DNA of 64,000 nt from Neisseria sp. (GTDB lineage: Bacteria > Pseudomonadota > Gammaproteobacteria > Burkholderiales > Neisseriaceae), in NCBI GenBank assembly GCA_030528455.1, contig JAUMYW010000003.1:3124-67123 (forward strand), written 5' to 3'. Shown one piece after another: positions 29,102 to 38,944 of this stretch. The notes below the pieces were generated by a model. It was given only the letters and a program-made list of their open reading frames with translations. It was not told the DNA's origin and ran no database searches. The position numbers and the translations under genes are program-made. Within the stretch, counting starts at the first letter, position 1, and each line of letters opens with the position of its first letter.

Positions 29102-31552
29102 TTAGAAGCTCATCCGGATACTTGTGCGGATCGATCTTGCCGGAAGCGGAGTCAGGTATTTCAAGGTCGAATTGTTCGGGCGGGCGTCGACATTGTTCAG
29201 ATTGCGCCCGTCCAGGAACCATTCCAAAGTCCGGTTTTGTTTGAATTGGTGGGTATAGCTCAAATAAGCGTCCCACAAGGTATAGCCGTTAAGCTGGATT
29301 TCCCGGCGGGCAGGGCTGCCGGACAGATATTTTTGCTTGGTGTAGCGGGTAATGCTGCTACCGGCTTTCCATGGGCCTTTGCTCCAACTCAAACCTAAGC
29401 CGTAGCGCGAAGTCGGCATATTCGGCATATAGTCGCCGTCGTAATACCAGCGGATATACTGCTGCCATTCGGCGGCATTTTTCGGATCGGCCTCGCGCGG
29501 TTTGTCCGTCGGGCTGTTCTTCACCCAATCGGCGAAGGTTCGGATGTCCAAAGTGCCGTATGGTGACAAATCGATGCTTTGGTTGAGTTCGACTTCAAAA
29601 CCGTGGACGCGGGTGTCGCCCTGTCTCCATTCTTTGCGTTGCAGACCTGAATTGGTGATGCCGGTTGCGCCCAAATACAGATAGTCTTTGAACGAAGTTC
29701 GGTAATAGTTGGCTTTCAAAAGCATATTCCGCCATTTGAATTCGCCGCCCAGTTCCAGTGTACCGGCTGTTTCGGGACGAAGCTCGGGGCTGCCGTGTTC
29801 GTCGATCAGAATCGCGAAATGGCGGTTGCTGGCATAGAGTTCGTTGACTTCCGGAGCGCGTTGGGAGCGGCTGTAACGTGCAGACAGGCGGAGCGGTTCA
29901 GCAGGCATCCATTTCAATTCGGCAAAACCGCTGTTCAAATTGAAATCGGTATGACGCTTGCTGAAACGTTTTTCAATTTCGTCCTGACCCTGTCCGGCAA
30001 TATAGCCTTTGAAATCGACGCTGTTTCTGACTTTTTCGTGCCGCAGGCCGAAATTCGCTTCCCAAGGCTGCCAAGAGAAATTCTGCAAGGCAAATACGGC
30101 GTATTTGTGCGTATGATTGTCGGGCAGGTAGCGGTCTTCGCCTTTGCCGTCAATGCGGCGGTCGGACCAATCCAGGCCGACAGAGGATTTGGCCAGGCTG
30201 TTCCAGCGGAAATTGGTTTCCAGACGGCCTTGAAGCTGACGGCTGTTCAGGCTGTTGGCAAAAGTGCTGCCCAAATATTCTTCATTGCCGGCTTTGGCGT
30301 AGGACAGCTGGGTTTTGATGTTGTCTATCCGTGAATCTTCGGCTTTGTACATGCCTTCCAGGGAAAGGCGGGTCTGTCTGCTGCGGATATTGACCGGTTC
30401 GATTCTGTTGGACGTGCCGGTCCAGGTGGACAGAGAAGCGTAACCGGGTACGCCGTAATGAGTCCGGTAACGGCTGATGCCGATGCCGACATAGCTGCCG
30501 TTTTCGGCGATATAGCTTGCGCCGGCGGAAACGTTTTGCCGTTTGAAACGGCTGTTGGTCATTCGGCCGTAGCGGGTCGGGCTGATGTCGTCAATGCCCG
30601 TAACCCGCGAACCGCGTCCTTCGACACCTTCGGCGTATTCGGGATTGGCCACCATCCAGCTCGGTTTTCTCGTGCTGTTGCTGTACACGTCGCCCAAGCC
30701 GACTTCCCATTCTTTGAGAAACCGTTCGCCGTCTCTCAGATAATTCGGGTTCACCCATTTCCAGCCTCTTTTGTCGAAAAATTCTTCTTTTTTAACTTCG
30801 ATCTGGCAGGCATGAACCAAGGCTGTGTTTCTGCCGTCGCGCAATTCTTCCCGGTTGTAACAGGCGTCCGTTTTGCTGTTTGCCGGAATGCGGTAGCCGG
30901 AGATGCGGCTGTTAAGCCCGCTCAGATGCCAGGCAATGCGGTTGCCGACGCGTCCGCTCAGGCTGATTGACTGCTTGTTCGGTGTGTTGTAGCCGCCGCT
31001 GATTTCGGCTTTGCCGCCGATGTTTGGTTCCGGCAGGGTTTGGGGAATGCGGCCGGTGTGTACGTCGACCGCGCCGCCGATAGCGTTACCGCCGAACAAA
31101 ACGGCTGCTGAGGACTTGTAAATATGGATTTCGTCGGCCAGAAACGGCTCGATTTCAGATGGCATATTGCCGCTGACCGATGCCAGATCGGCAACGCCCA
31201 AGCCGTTTTCGGCAACCTGTACGCGCGGACCGGTCAGGCTGCGGATTTGCGGCAGGCCGTTGCCCGGGCCGAAGCTGTTGTTCTGTACGCCGGCCGATTT
31301 TTCGACTGTTTCTCCCAAGGATACGCTTCTGACCGTATTCAAATCTTGGCTGAGCGGATCCGCGCCGGTGCGGAAGGTGTCTTGGCTGCCGCCGAATATG
31401 AGGCTGCCGCTGACGGGTTTAGCTTTTTCTTTGACGACGATCTCGGGCAATCCGACGGTGTTGGGTTGGTTTGCTGCTGCACAGAGCGGTGCGGAAAGTG
31501 CTGTAACGGCATAAATTACCGAGGAAGATAAGATTTTGGGTCGGATGCTCAT
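29102..31552 (-). CDS. TonB-dependent receptor, ZnuD/TdfJ-like
   Basis: Signal peptide, TonB-box-like LPEIVVK, ZnuD-type plug (SLGET...GV...FGPG...PQIRS...RVQV), RAPEVNELY, NLNN, terminal Phe; AAGGA RBS fits ATG 31552. Confidence 0.85.
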   Translation of the reverse strand: MSIRPKILSSSVIYAVTALSAPLCAAANQPNTVGLPEIVVKEKAKPVSGSLIFGGSQDTFRTGADPLSQDLNTVRSVSLGETVEKSAGVQNNSFGPGNGLPQIRSLTGPRVQVAENGLGVADLASVSGNMPSEIEPFLADEIHIYKSSAAVLFGGNAIGGAVDVHTGRIPQTLPEPNIGGKAEISGGYNTPNKQSISLSGRVGNRIAWHLSGLNSRISGYRIPANSKTDACYNREELRDGRNTALVHACQIEVKKEEFFDKRGWKWVNPNYLRDGERFLKEWEVGLGDVYSNSTRKPSWMVANPEYAEGVEGRGSRVTGIDDISPTRYGRMTNSRFKRQNVSAGASYIAENGSYVGIGISRYRTHYGVPGYASLSTWTGTSNRIEPVNIRSRQTRLSLEGMYKAEDSRIDNIKTQLSYAKAGNEEYLGSTFANSLNSRQLQGRLETNFRWNSLAKSSVGLDWSDRRIDGKGEDRYLPDNHTHKYAVFALQNFSWQPWEANFGLRHEKVRNSVDFKGYIAGQGQDEIEKRFSKRHTDFNLNSGFAELKWMPAEPLRLSARYSRSQRAPEVNELYASNRHFAILIDEHGSPELRPETAGTLELGGEFKWRNMLLKANYYRTSFKDYLYLGATGITNSGLQRKEWRQGDTRVHGFEVELNQSIDLSPYGTLDIRTFADWVKNSPTDKPREADPKNAAEWQQYIRWYYDGDYMPNMPTSRYGLGLSWSKGPWKAGSSITRYTKQKYLSGSPARREIQLNGYTLWDAYLSYTHQFKQNRTLEWFLDGRNLNNVDARPNNSTLKYLTPLPARSIRTSIRMSF

Positions 31553-31595
31553 CAACATTCCTTAATTTTTGTTTGTTGAGATTAAAATTGTTTGA

Positions 31596-31618
31596 GAAAT
31601 GTTATATTGTAACAAATC
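31596..31618. promoter_or_regulatory. Zur box overlapping the -10 (TACAAT) of the TonB receptor promoter
   Basis: GAAATGTTATATTGTAACAAATC versus the proteobacterial Zur consensus GAAATGTTATA-N-TATAACATTTC. Confidence 0.8.
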
Positions 31619-31787
31619 AATTTCGGACGGATAAAGTTTTTGGGCAAAAATTGCGCGTTTGATGACGACGGTCAAATTTTGTCTGCATCAGGCCGTCTGA
31701 AAAACGCATCAAAATGCCCGTTGGCGGCAGGTGTGCCTGCTGATGTCGGGGCGTTTTGATGCGTGTGCCGCGCGGGGGTTTACTCGG

Positions 31788-34700
31788 CTATTGTATGAAG
31801 GCGAGCAGAGTGGGAACGAGCAGTTTGTCGTACAGTTCGGCGAACAGGGGCTGGTCGATCGGAGCAACGGTTTGGCCGCTGAAAACGAGGCTGATTTCGG
31901 CGTAGTCTTTCTGTCCGGTGCTGAATCTTCCGCCGAAGTAGGCGGTGCGTGCGGCTTCGGCAGCGGCTTCTTCGGGCGTTTTGCCGCGTGAGGCATTACA
32001 CATGGCTTCGGCGGCTGCCAAGGAGGTTTTCGGGAAGAAGGGCAGCGGTTGGTTCTGTCCGAGCCGGTAATAATGCAGCCATGTGTCGAGCAGGGTACGG
32101 GCGGTTTCGGGCAGCAGCGCGGGCAGGGTTTCGCTGTGTGCGGCTGCGAGCCAATGGCTTTGACGGGCGCAGGCAGGCGGCGAAACGGCGTTGAGCAGCA
32201 GATGTTCGAGATAGAAGGCGATGCGGTCGGGGGCGTTCGGTGCGTCTGAGGCGAAGCGGATGATGCCGTCTGCAAACAGGTTTTCCAAGCTGCCGGAAAT
32301 GCTGCCGTTTTCGAGTTCGAGACGGTAGGCAAAGGCGGGACGGGAGGGTGAGGCCAAAAGCTTGCTGTCCAGCGATTTGGCTGCGGAGGCGTGTTTTTCC
32401 TGCCAGATTTTGCCGATTTCGCCTGCGGGCAGTTGAGATTGTGCCTGCAGACGGCTTGAAGTTTCGGAAAAGTCTTCCTTGTTGCGGCGGGCGAGAATGT
32501 ATTGCGCGGAAAGAGTTTGACTGTCCGGCTCGAACGGTTCTTCCGCCATATTTTGTTCAGCGTGCCGGGGGGCTTTCCAGTCAAGCGTGTGTTCCAGCCA
32601 CCGGCGGACGGGATTGCGCCAGAAGCCGGTGAAGTCGTGTTGGGAAACATCGGCGGCAGGGAGGTTTTCAGACAGCCTGCTGTTTGCGGTATCCGGGTAG
32701 AAAGGGGCGGGCGGACGCTGAGGAAGGTTCAGTGCGGCGGCGTAATCGCTGCGCAGGCCGAGCGGGCGGCTGTGGTCGAAATAGCGGCGGGAAAAGTCCT
32801 GCAAGGGGTGGTATTCGGTCCATTCTGCGCGGATGTCGGCGGGCGTGCGGCCGGTCATGTCGGCCAGCACGTCGTTGAGTTCGTTAATCAGTGCGGAGGG
32901 CGACAGTTCTTCGTTGGTGCGGATATGGCGGCCGATATAGGAGAGATACAGTTTTTCGCGCGCGCTCATCAGGGCTTCGAGAAACAGATAGCGGTCGTCG
33001 TCGCGCCGCGAGCGGTCGCCGCGTTTCGGATGTTTGGCAATCAGGTCGAAGGCGGCGGCTTTGGTGTTGCGCGGAAAGTCGCTGTCGTTCAAACCGATCA
33101 GACAGAGCATTTTGAACGGCAGGCTGCGCATCGGTACCATGCCGCAGAAGGTGATGCCCTGGCGCAGGAAGCCGCTTTCGGACGGGGCGGACAGGAGCCG
33201 TGCCAGATGGCGTTCGGCGGTTTCGCGGGATAAGGGGCGGTCGAAACCGGCCAGCGCGGTTTCTTCCTGCCATCGGGCGAGGTTTTGTTCCAAATGCTGT
33301 TGGGCAGTGTGGTCGTTTTCAGACGGCGTGCAGAGATTCTGCCGCAGACGGCGGACGCGCTCGGTCCATTCTGAGGCGCAAGCGGGCTGCTGCCATTCGC
33401 GTTGTGCGGCCGACAGGGTGCGGACAAAGGCAGTAAAACGTGCCAGGACTGCGGTGTGGTTCGGATTGCAGGGAAACGGGCTGATGCCCTGCCACAGATT
33501 TTGCGGCTGTTCGGGCAGCAGCCAGCCCAGTACGATGCGCTCCAAGCCCTGCTGCCATGTGAACTGTGTGTCGCCGCTGCCGCGCATGATGCCGTCTGCA
33601 CCCCAGCGGATGTTCAGTTGGCCGACCGTGTCGCGGATGAGGGGCAGGTCGTCTGGGGACAAGCCGAAACGGCGCAGTACGGTTTCGTTTTCCAGCAGAG
33701 AGAGTACTTTGTCTGCTTCAAATCTGCTGTTCATCAGGGCGACTGCCTGTTCCATGGCGTGCAGCAGAGCCTGACGGCGGCTCAGTTTGGTGTCGGACAG
33801 CGAGTAGGGCAATGCGGGCGAGCCGGGGGCGGCCTGGCCGAATACGGCTTCGACAAAGGGAAGATAGGCTTCGATGTTCGGGGTCAGTACGGCGATGTCG
33901 TGCGGCTGCCAGTCGGGGTGTTCGTGCAGCTCGTGCAGAATGTGCTCTTTCAGAATCTGCAACTCCCGCAGCGGACTGTGTGCGGCCAGCAGACGGATGC
34001 TGCCGTCCAAAAGGCTGGCGGCTTGGGGGAGAGACAGGGTTTGAATATCGTGTTGCAGACGGTGCAGCAGGGAGAGGCCGTCTGCAGCTCCATCGTTACC
34101 ATCGTCGTTTTCATAGGCGGAAATTTCCTGCTGTGCGCCGACTTCGGACAAGGCATCGAAGAAATCGCGGCCTTGTTTGCCCAACGAAGCCAGCAGAGGA
34201 TGGCCTGCGGCTTCGGTTGTGTTTTCTTGATCGGCGCAGGCCAGCAGGCGGGCGGGTTCGATGACGTTGCCCCAATAGCCGCTGCTGGGGTTGAGCGCGA
34301 AAATATGTACCTCGCAATATTGCGATACGGCTTTGAGCAGTTCCAGATACATGGGTGCGAGCGTGGCGATACCGAAAACGGACAGGCGTTCGGGCAGCAT
34401 ATCGGCGTTCAGGCGGTGCAGCAGTTCCTGCCACAAGGCTACGCGGTGCCTGCCTTCTCTATCCGAAAGCAGCCGCCACAATTCGGCCTGCCAGACCTCG
34501 TCCTCGCCCAAACCGTTGAGTTTGCCCGCCTGCCAGCTTTCAATCCATGCGGGGCGGTAAACCAGATAATGATCGAAAATATCGGCCATCTGTCCGGCCA
34601 AATCATAGGCTGCCTTCTCGCCTTGGCGCAGATAGCCCGACAGTTCGGCCGCCGCCTGCGGTGCGCCGGAAATGCCGTCTGAAAACAGGGAAAACAGCCG

Positions 34701-34979
34701 CCAGCGCATCACTTCGGGGGAAAAAGGATTGAGTGCAGGCGTGTCGGGCAGGGCTTTGCGCATCAGCTGCCAGGTAAAACCGGCGGGCAGGCTGTATTGC
34801 AGATTGGCGGCGATGCCGTTTTGTTCGGCCAAAAAACGGTTCAGATAACGGCGCATGCCCTGGCTTTGCACCATAATGTGTTCCGAGGCCAGTGGTTCGG
34901 CGGGCGGGCGCAGACGGTGGACGGCATTCAGCATGCCGGCCAGCGATTCGAGACGGTTCGACTGATAAAGATGCAGCAT
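31788..34979 (-). CDS. recC: Exodeoxyribonuclease V gamma subunit
   Basis: MLHLYQSNRLESL, VQSQGMRRYL, HPLLASLGKQGRDFF, PMRSLPFK, DDRYLFLEALMSAR. Confidence 0.95.
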   Translation of the reverse strand: MLHLYQSNRLESLAGMLNAVHRLRPPAEPLASEHIMVQSQGMRRYLNRFLAEQNGIAANLQYSLPAGFTWQLMRKALPDTPALNPFSPEVMRWRLFSLFSDGISGAPQAAAELSGYLRQGEKAAYDLAGQMADIFDHYLVYRPAWIESWQAGKLNGLGEDEVWQAELWRLLSDREGRHRVALWQELLHRLNADMLPERLSVFGIATLAPMYLELLKAVSQYCEVHIFALNPSSGYWGNVIEPARLLACADQENTTEAAGHPLLASLGKQGRDFFDALSEVGAQQEISAYENDDGNDGAADGLSLLHRLQHDIQTLSLPQAASLLDGSIRLLAAHSPLRELQILKEHILHELHEHPDWQPHDIAVLTPNIEAYLPFVEAVFGQAAPGSPALPYSLSDTKLSRRQALLHAMEQAVALMNSRFEADKVLSLLENETVLRRFGLSPDDLPLIRDTVGQLNIRWGADGIMRGSGDTQFTWQQGLERIVLGWLLPEQPQNLWQGISPFPCNPNHTAVLARFTAFVRTLSAAQREWQQPACASEWTERVRRLRQNLCTPSENDHTAQQHLEQNLARWQEETALAGFDRPLSRETAERHLARLLSAPSESGFLRQGITFCGMVPMRSLPFKMLCLIGLNDSDFPRNTKAAAFDLIAKHPKRGDRSRRDDDRYLFLEALMSAREKLYLSYIGRHIRTNEELSPSALINELNDVLADMTGRTPADIRAEWTEYHPLQDFSRRYFDHSRPLGLRSDYAAALNLPQRPPAPFYPDTANSRLSENLPAADVSQHDFTGFWRNPVRRWLEHTLDWKAPRHAEQNMAEEPFEPDSQTLSAQYILARRNKEDFSETSSRLQAQSQLPAGEIGKIWQEKHASAAKSLDSKLLASPSRPAFAYRLELENGSISGSLENLFADGIIRFASDAPNAPDRIAFYLEHLLLNAVSPPACARQSHWLAAAHSETLPALLPETARTLLDTWLHYYRLGQNQPLPFFPKTSLAAAEAMCNASRGKTPEEAAAEAARTAYFGGRFSTGQKDYAEISLVFSGQTVAPIDQPLFAELYDKLLVPTLLAFIQ

Positions 34980-35219
34980 ATTCCAATCCTTTTTGTGCGC
35001 CGTCCTTGTCGGGCGGAAAACTGTGTGGGTGCGGCGGAAACGGTGTTTGCGCTGCGCGGCGAGCAGGGCGTTGCGTTTTTCGTGCCGCTTCGGGAGGCTG
35101 TGGAGACTGTTTGGTTTTGCAGAATAAGCCCGCCTCGTTTTTTGTGCAGAAACCGTGCTGCCATTGCACGGAAACCTGTGTTGTTTTTTGGCTGTGCCGA
35201 ACCGTGCTTGCAGACGGCC

Positions 35220-38200
35220 TCAGGCGGGTTCGGCCATTTTCAGGGCTTCTTTGATGTCCACCGCCACAATCCGCGAAACGCCTTTTTCCTGCATGGTTAC
35301 GCCGATGAGCTGCTCGGCCATTTCCATGGTCAGGCGGTTGTGCGAAATATAGAGAAACTGCGTCTGTGCTGACATTTCTTTCACTAAATTGCAGAAACGC
35401 CCCGTGTTTGCATCATCGAGCGGCGCGTCCACTTCATCCAACAGGCAGAACGGTGCGGGGTTGAGACTGAACAGGGCAAATACCAGACTCATCGCCGTCA
35501 AAGCCTTTTCGCCGCCCGAGAGCAGATGGATGGTGCTGTTTTTCTTGCCCGGCGGCCGAGCCATAATGGAAACGCCCGCCGTGAGCAAATCGTCGCCTGT
35601 CATATGCAGCGCAGCTTCGCCGCCGCCGAAGAGCGTCGGGAAAAAATTCTGCACTTTGGCATTCACCGCATCGAAGGTTTCTTTGAAACGCGATTTGGTT
35701 TTGTCGTCGATTTGCTCGATGGCCTCTTCCAACAGCGCAATCGCCGCCTGCACGTCTTCGCTCTGGCTGCGGTAGTAGTCGTCCCGTTCGCGGGCTTCTT
35801 CCAATTCCTGCAAAGCGGCCAGATTGACCGCACCCAAGGCTTCGATTTGCCGTGACAGGCTGCCGATGCCGCCGTTCAGTTCCTGCAAACCGCCCGATTC
35901 GGCCGCCAGCGGTTCGAGTGCATCGAAGTCGGCCCGACGTTCGGTAAGGTTTTGGTGGAAGCGTTTGGCGTTCAACAGGGCTTCCTGCTGTTGCAGCAAT
36001 GCCGTCTGCACCGCCGCCTGAAGCTGCGGCAGTTCGGCGGACAGCTTCTGTTGGCGGGCATATTGCTCGTGGCCCTGTTCCTGTGTGGCAGACAACTGCT
36101 GCTGTACGGCGGTATATGCTTCGTCCAAAGTCTGCACGGCTTCGCCCAATTCTTCCAAACGGGCGTGCTGTTCGTTACTCTGCGTTTCGCTTTCGTAGGC
36201 CAGAGCCAGTTCGGTTTGGCGTTCCTGCCAGTCGAAGGTCTGCTGTTCGAGTTGGGCGAGTTGTTCTTGAAAATGCTGTTTCTGCTGTTGCAGTTTGTGT
36301 ACGGCGACTTCGGCCAAACCATAGCGGCGGTTGGCTTCGAGCAGGACGAGTTGCGCCTGTTTCAGACGGCCTTGCTGCATTTGGCGGTCTTGCCCCACCG
36401 CCTGCTGCTGCCGTTCCAGTGCGGCGGCGGCTTCGGTCAGGGCGGCGGCATCGTCTTCAAGGCCGTCCGCGCTGTGTTCCAAAACGGTTTGTTCTTCGGT
36501 TAATCGTGCCAGTTCGCGTTCGATGTGTTCGCGGCGGATTTGGCCTTGATTAGTGCGGGCGAGCAGTTCGGCGGCATGCTGTTGTGCGGCTTGGTATGCC
36601 GAGTAATGCTGCTTTTGCTGCTGTTGCAGGGATTTGCATTGTTCTTCTGCGGCGGTCAGCGCGGTTTGCGCCTGTGCCGTCCGGATTTCGGCGGCGTGCA
36701 GTTCGGGCGCGAGAGCGGAAAGCTCTGCGTCCAGTCCGTCCAAACGGGCTTTCCGCGCCATCAGGTTTTCTTGCGTATTTTCCCCGTAGAGGAGTACGCC
36801 GATGCGGTCGATTTGGTGGCCTTCGGGCGTGAGCCAGATTTGTCTGCCCTGCAAATCGTTTTGACGGGCGAGGGCGTAATCCAAATCGGGGGCGCACAAT
36901 ACGCCGTCCAACCAGTGGTGCAGGGCCGTCTGAAAAGGCGGCTCGGCTTGAATTTGGTTGAGCAGGGCTTGGGCAGGCAGGCTTTTTCTGGTGCCGCCCG
37001 ATAAATCTTCCGGCAGCCAGGCGGCTTGTCCGGCGGGCAGCGGCGACGGCGGCGCGAATCCGGACGGCACGGCGCGGGCGTGCAGGCGTTCGGCCAGCAA
37101 AACGCTCAAAGCGTGCTGCCATTCGGTAGGCGCACTGATGTGCTGCCAGAGTTGGGGTGCGTGTTCGCAACCGGTTTGCTGCCAGAAGCCGGTTTGTGCG
37201 TTTTCGTCTTGCGAAAGCAGTTGCGACAGAGCTTCCTGCTGTGCGGTCAGCGTGATGTGCTGCCGATGGAGATGCTGGTGCTGTTGCGATGCCGTCTGAA
37301 AATCGGTGCGGAGCTGTTCGAGCTGTTCTTCTGCCTGCAATAGCTGTTCTTCGTAATGTTCGGCCTGGCTGCCCAACAGTTCGGCCTGTGCGCGGGCGGC
37401 GGCGGTTTCCTTTTCGTCCGGCAGGTTGAGTGCGAGGCTTTCTTCTTGCAGACGGCTTTGCCGCGCCTGATGCTGTTGCAGGGTTTGCCGCGTGTGGGCG
37501 AGCTGCTGCTGTTTGACGGCCAGTTCGCGTTTGATGCGGTTGTATTCGTCCTGTTGGCTCTGGTGGGCAGTGTTAAGAGCGTTTTGCGCTTCTTCCAAGG
37601 CGGGAAGCTGCTCTTCGTGTTCGGCCAGCTGCATGGCCAGTTCGGCCAACTCGATTTGTTTTTCTTCGATTTGGATGTCGTTGTCTTCGATTCGGCTTTC
37701 GATTTGCTGCTGTTCCTGTTGGATGCGCGAAAGCTGAACCTGTGCGGCGGCTTTGTCGCGTTCGATGCGCTGGTGCAGGTTTTGCCGGTGGCGGATTTGT
37801 TCTTCCAGACGGGCAATCTGTTCGCGCAATACGCCGCGCCGGTTGCTGATGTCGTGCGCTTCCTGCTGCTGAGTTTGTTCTGCCGTCTGCAGGTTGCGGA
37901 CGGCTTCCTGCAAAGTTTGGATATGTGCGGCGGTTTCGTCCTGTTTGGCTTGGAAAGCCTGATGCTGTGCGGTCGCTTTGTCGGCAGCGGCCAAAGACTG
38001 CTGCCATTGCAGATAATCGAGCAAGTCTTGCTGTTGCGACAACTGCCTGCTCAGCGTTTGGTAATGCGCGGCGGTTTCGGCTTGCTTTTCCAGTTTGTCC
38101 ACTTGGCGGGCCAGCTCGTTTTGCAAATCCGATAATCGTTGCAGATGTTCGCGCGTATCTTTCAGACGGCCTTCCGTTTCCTTGCGGCGTTCCTTGTATT

Positions 38201-38714
38201 TCGATACGCCCGCCGCTTCTTCGATATAGGCGCGCAATTCTTCCGGCCGCGCCTCGATGATGCGCGAAATCATGCCCTGTTCGATAACGGCGTAACCGCG
38301 CGCGCCCACGCCCGTTCCCAAAAACAAATCGGTGATGTCGCGGCGGCGGACGACTTGGTTGTTGATAAAGTAAGTCGATTCGCCCTGCCGCGTGAGCTGC
38401 CGTTTGATGCTGACTTCGGCGTATTGTCCCCACGCACCCTGCAGGCTGTGGTCGCTGTTGTCGAATACCAGCTCCACAGAAGCGCGGGGTGCGGGGCGAC
38501 GGGTGGCCGCGCCGTTGAAAATCACGTCCTGCATACTTTCGCCGCGCAGCTGTTTGGCAGACGCTTCGCCCAACACCCAGCGCACGGCATCAATTACGTT
38601 TGATTTGCCGCAGCCGTTCGGCCCGATAACGGCAACGAGCCGTCCGGGAATATGAATGGTAGTCGGGTCGGTAAACGATTTGAAACCGGCAAGTTTGATG
38701 TGGGTGAGACGCAT
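35220..38714 (-). CDS. smc: Chromosome segregation protein SMC
   Basis: GFKSF, GPNGCGKSN, long coiled coils, LSGGEK, LDEVDAPLD. Confidence 0.97.
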   Translation of the reverse strand: MRLTHIKLAGFKSFTDPTTIHIPGRLVAVIGPNGCGKSNVIDAVRWVLGEASAKQLRGESMQDVIFNGAATRRPAPRASVELVFDNSDHSLQGAWGQYAEVSIKRQLTRQGESTYFINNQVVRRRDITDLFLGTGVGARGYAVIEQGMISRIIEARPEELRAYIEEAAGVSKYKERRKETEGRLKDTREHLQRLSDLQNELARQVDKLEKQAETAAHYQTLSRQLSQQQDLLDYLQWQQSLAAADKATAQHQAFQAKQDETAAHIQTLQEAVRNLQTAEQTQQQEAHDISNRRGVLREQIARLEEQIRHRQNLHQRIERDKAAAQVQLSRIQQEQQQIESRIEDNDIQIEEKQIELAELAMQLAEHEEQLPALEEAQNALNTAHQSQQDEYNRIKRELAVKQQQLAHTRQTLQQHQARQSRLQEESLALNLPDEKETAAARAQAELLGSQAEHYEEQLLQAEEQLEQLRTDFQTASQQHQHLHRQHITLTAQQEALSQLLSQDENAQTGFWQQTGCEHAPQLWQHISAPTEWQHALSVLLAERLHARAVPSGFAPPSPLPAGQAAWLPEDLSGGTRKSLPAQALLNQIQAEPPFQTALHHWLDGVLCAPDLDYALARQNDLQGRQIWLTPEGHQIDRIGVLLYGENTQENLMARKARLDGLDAELSALAPELHAAEIRTAQAQTALTAAEEQCKSLQQQQKQHYSAYQAAQQHAAELLARTNQGQIRREHIERELARLTEEQTVLEHSADGLEDDAAALTEAAAALERQQQAVGQDRQMQQGRLKQAQLVLLEANRRYGLAEVAVHKLQQQKQHFQEQLAQLEQQTFDWQERQTELALAYESETQSNEQHARLEELGEAVQTLDEAYTAVQQQLSATQEQGHEQYARQQKLSAELPQLQAAVQTALLQQQEALLNAKRFHQNLTERRADFDALEPLAAESGGLQELNGGIGSLSRQIEALGAVNLAALQELEEARERDDYYRSQSEDVQAAIALLEEAIEQIDDKTKSRFKETFDAVNAKVQNFFPTLFGGGEAALHMTGDDLLTAGVSIMARPPGKKNSTIHLLSGGEKALTAMSLVFALFSLNPAPFCLLDEVDAPLDDANTGRFCNLVKEMSAQTQFLYISHNRLTMEMAEQLIGVTMQEKGVSRIVAVDIKEALKMAEPA

Positions 38715-38944
38715 AAGACGGAATGTGCGGAGCAAAAAACAGCTATTTTAGCCGAATTCAGACCACATCGTGCAGACGGCTGGCGTGCAGACAAATACGG
38801 TGCCGATAAAAGAACTGTGTCGGATTGGATGCCGTTCAATAATTTTCGGCCGGCCTTCTTGTTTTTTTGTGCAAAAAAATGTTAAGGTTTCGGTTGGATG
38901 TACAAACATTCATATGAGAACAAAATATACAGGAGAGAATACAT

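Noticed and set aside
28995-31702. Canonical DUS flanking the ZnuD-like gene as evidence of horizontal transfer
   Set aside because: Only three sites, and canonical copies are also common in core recC and smc.
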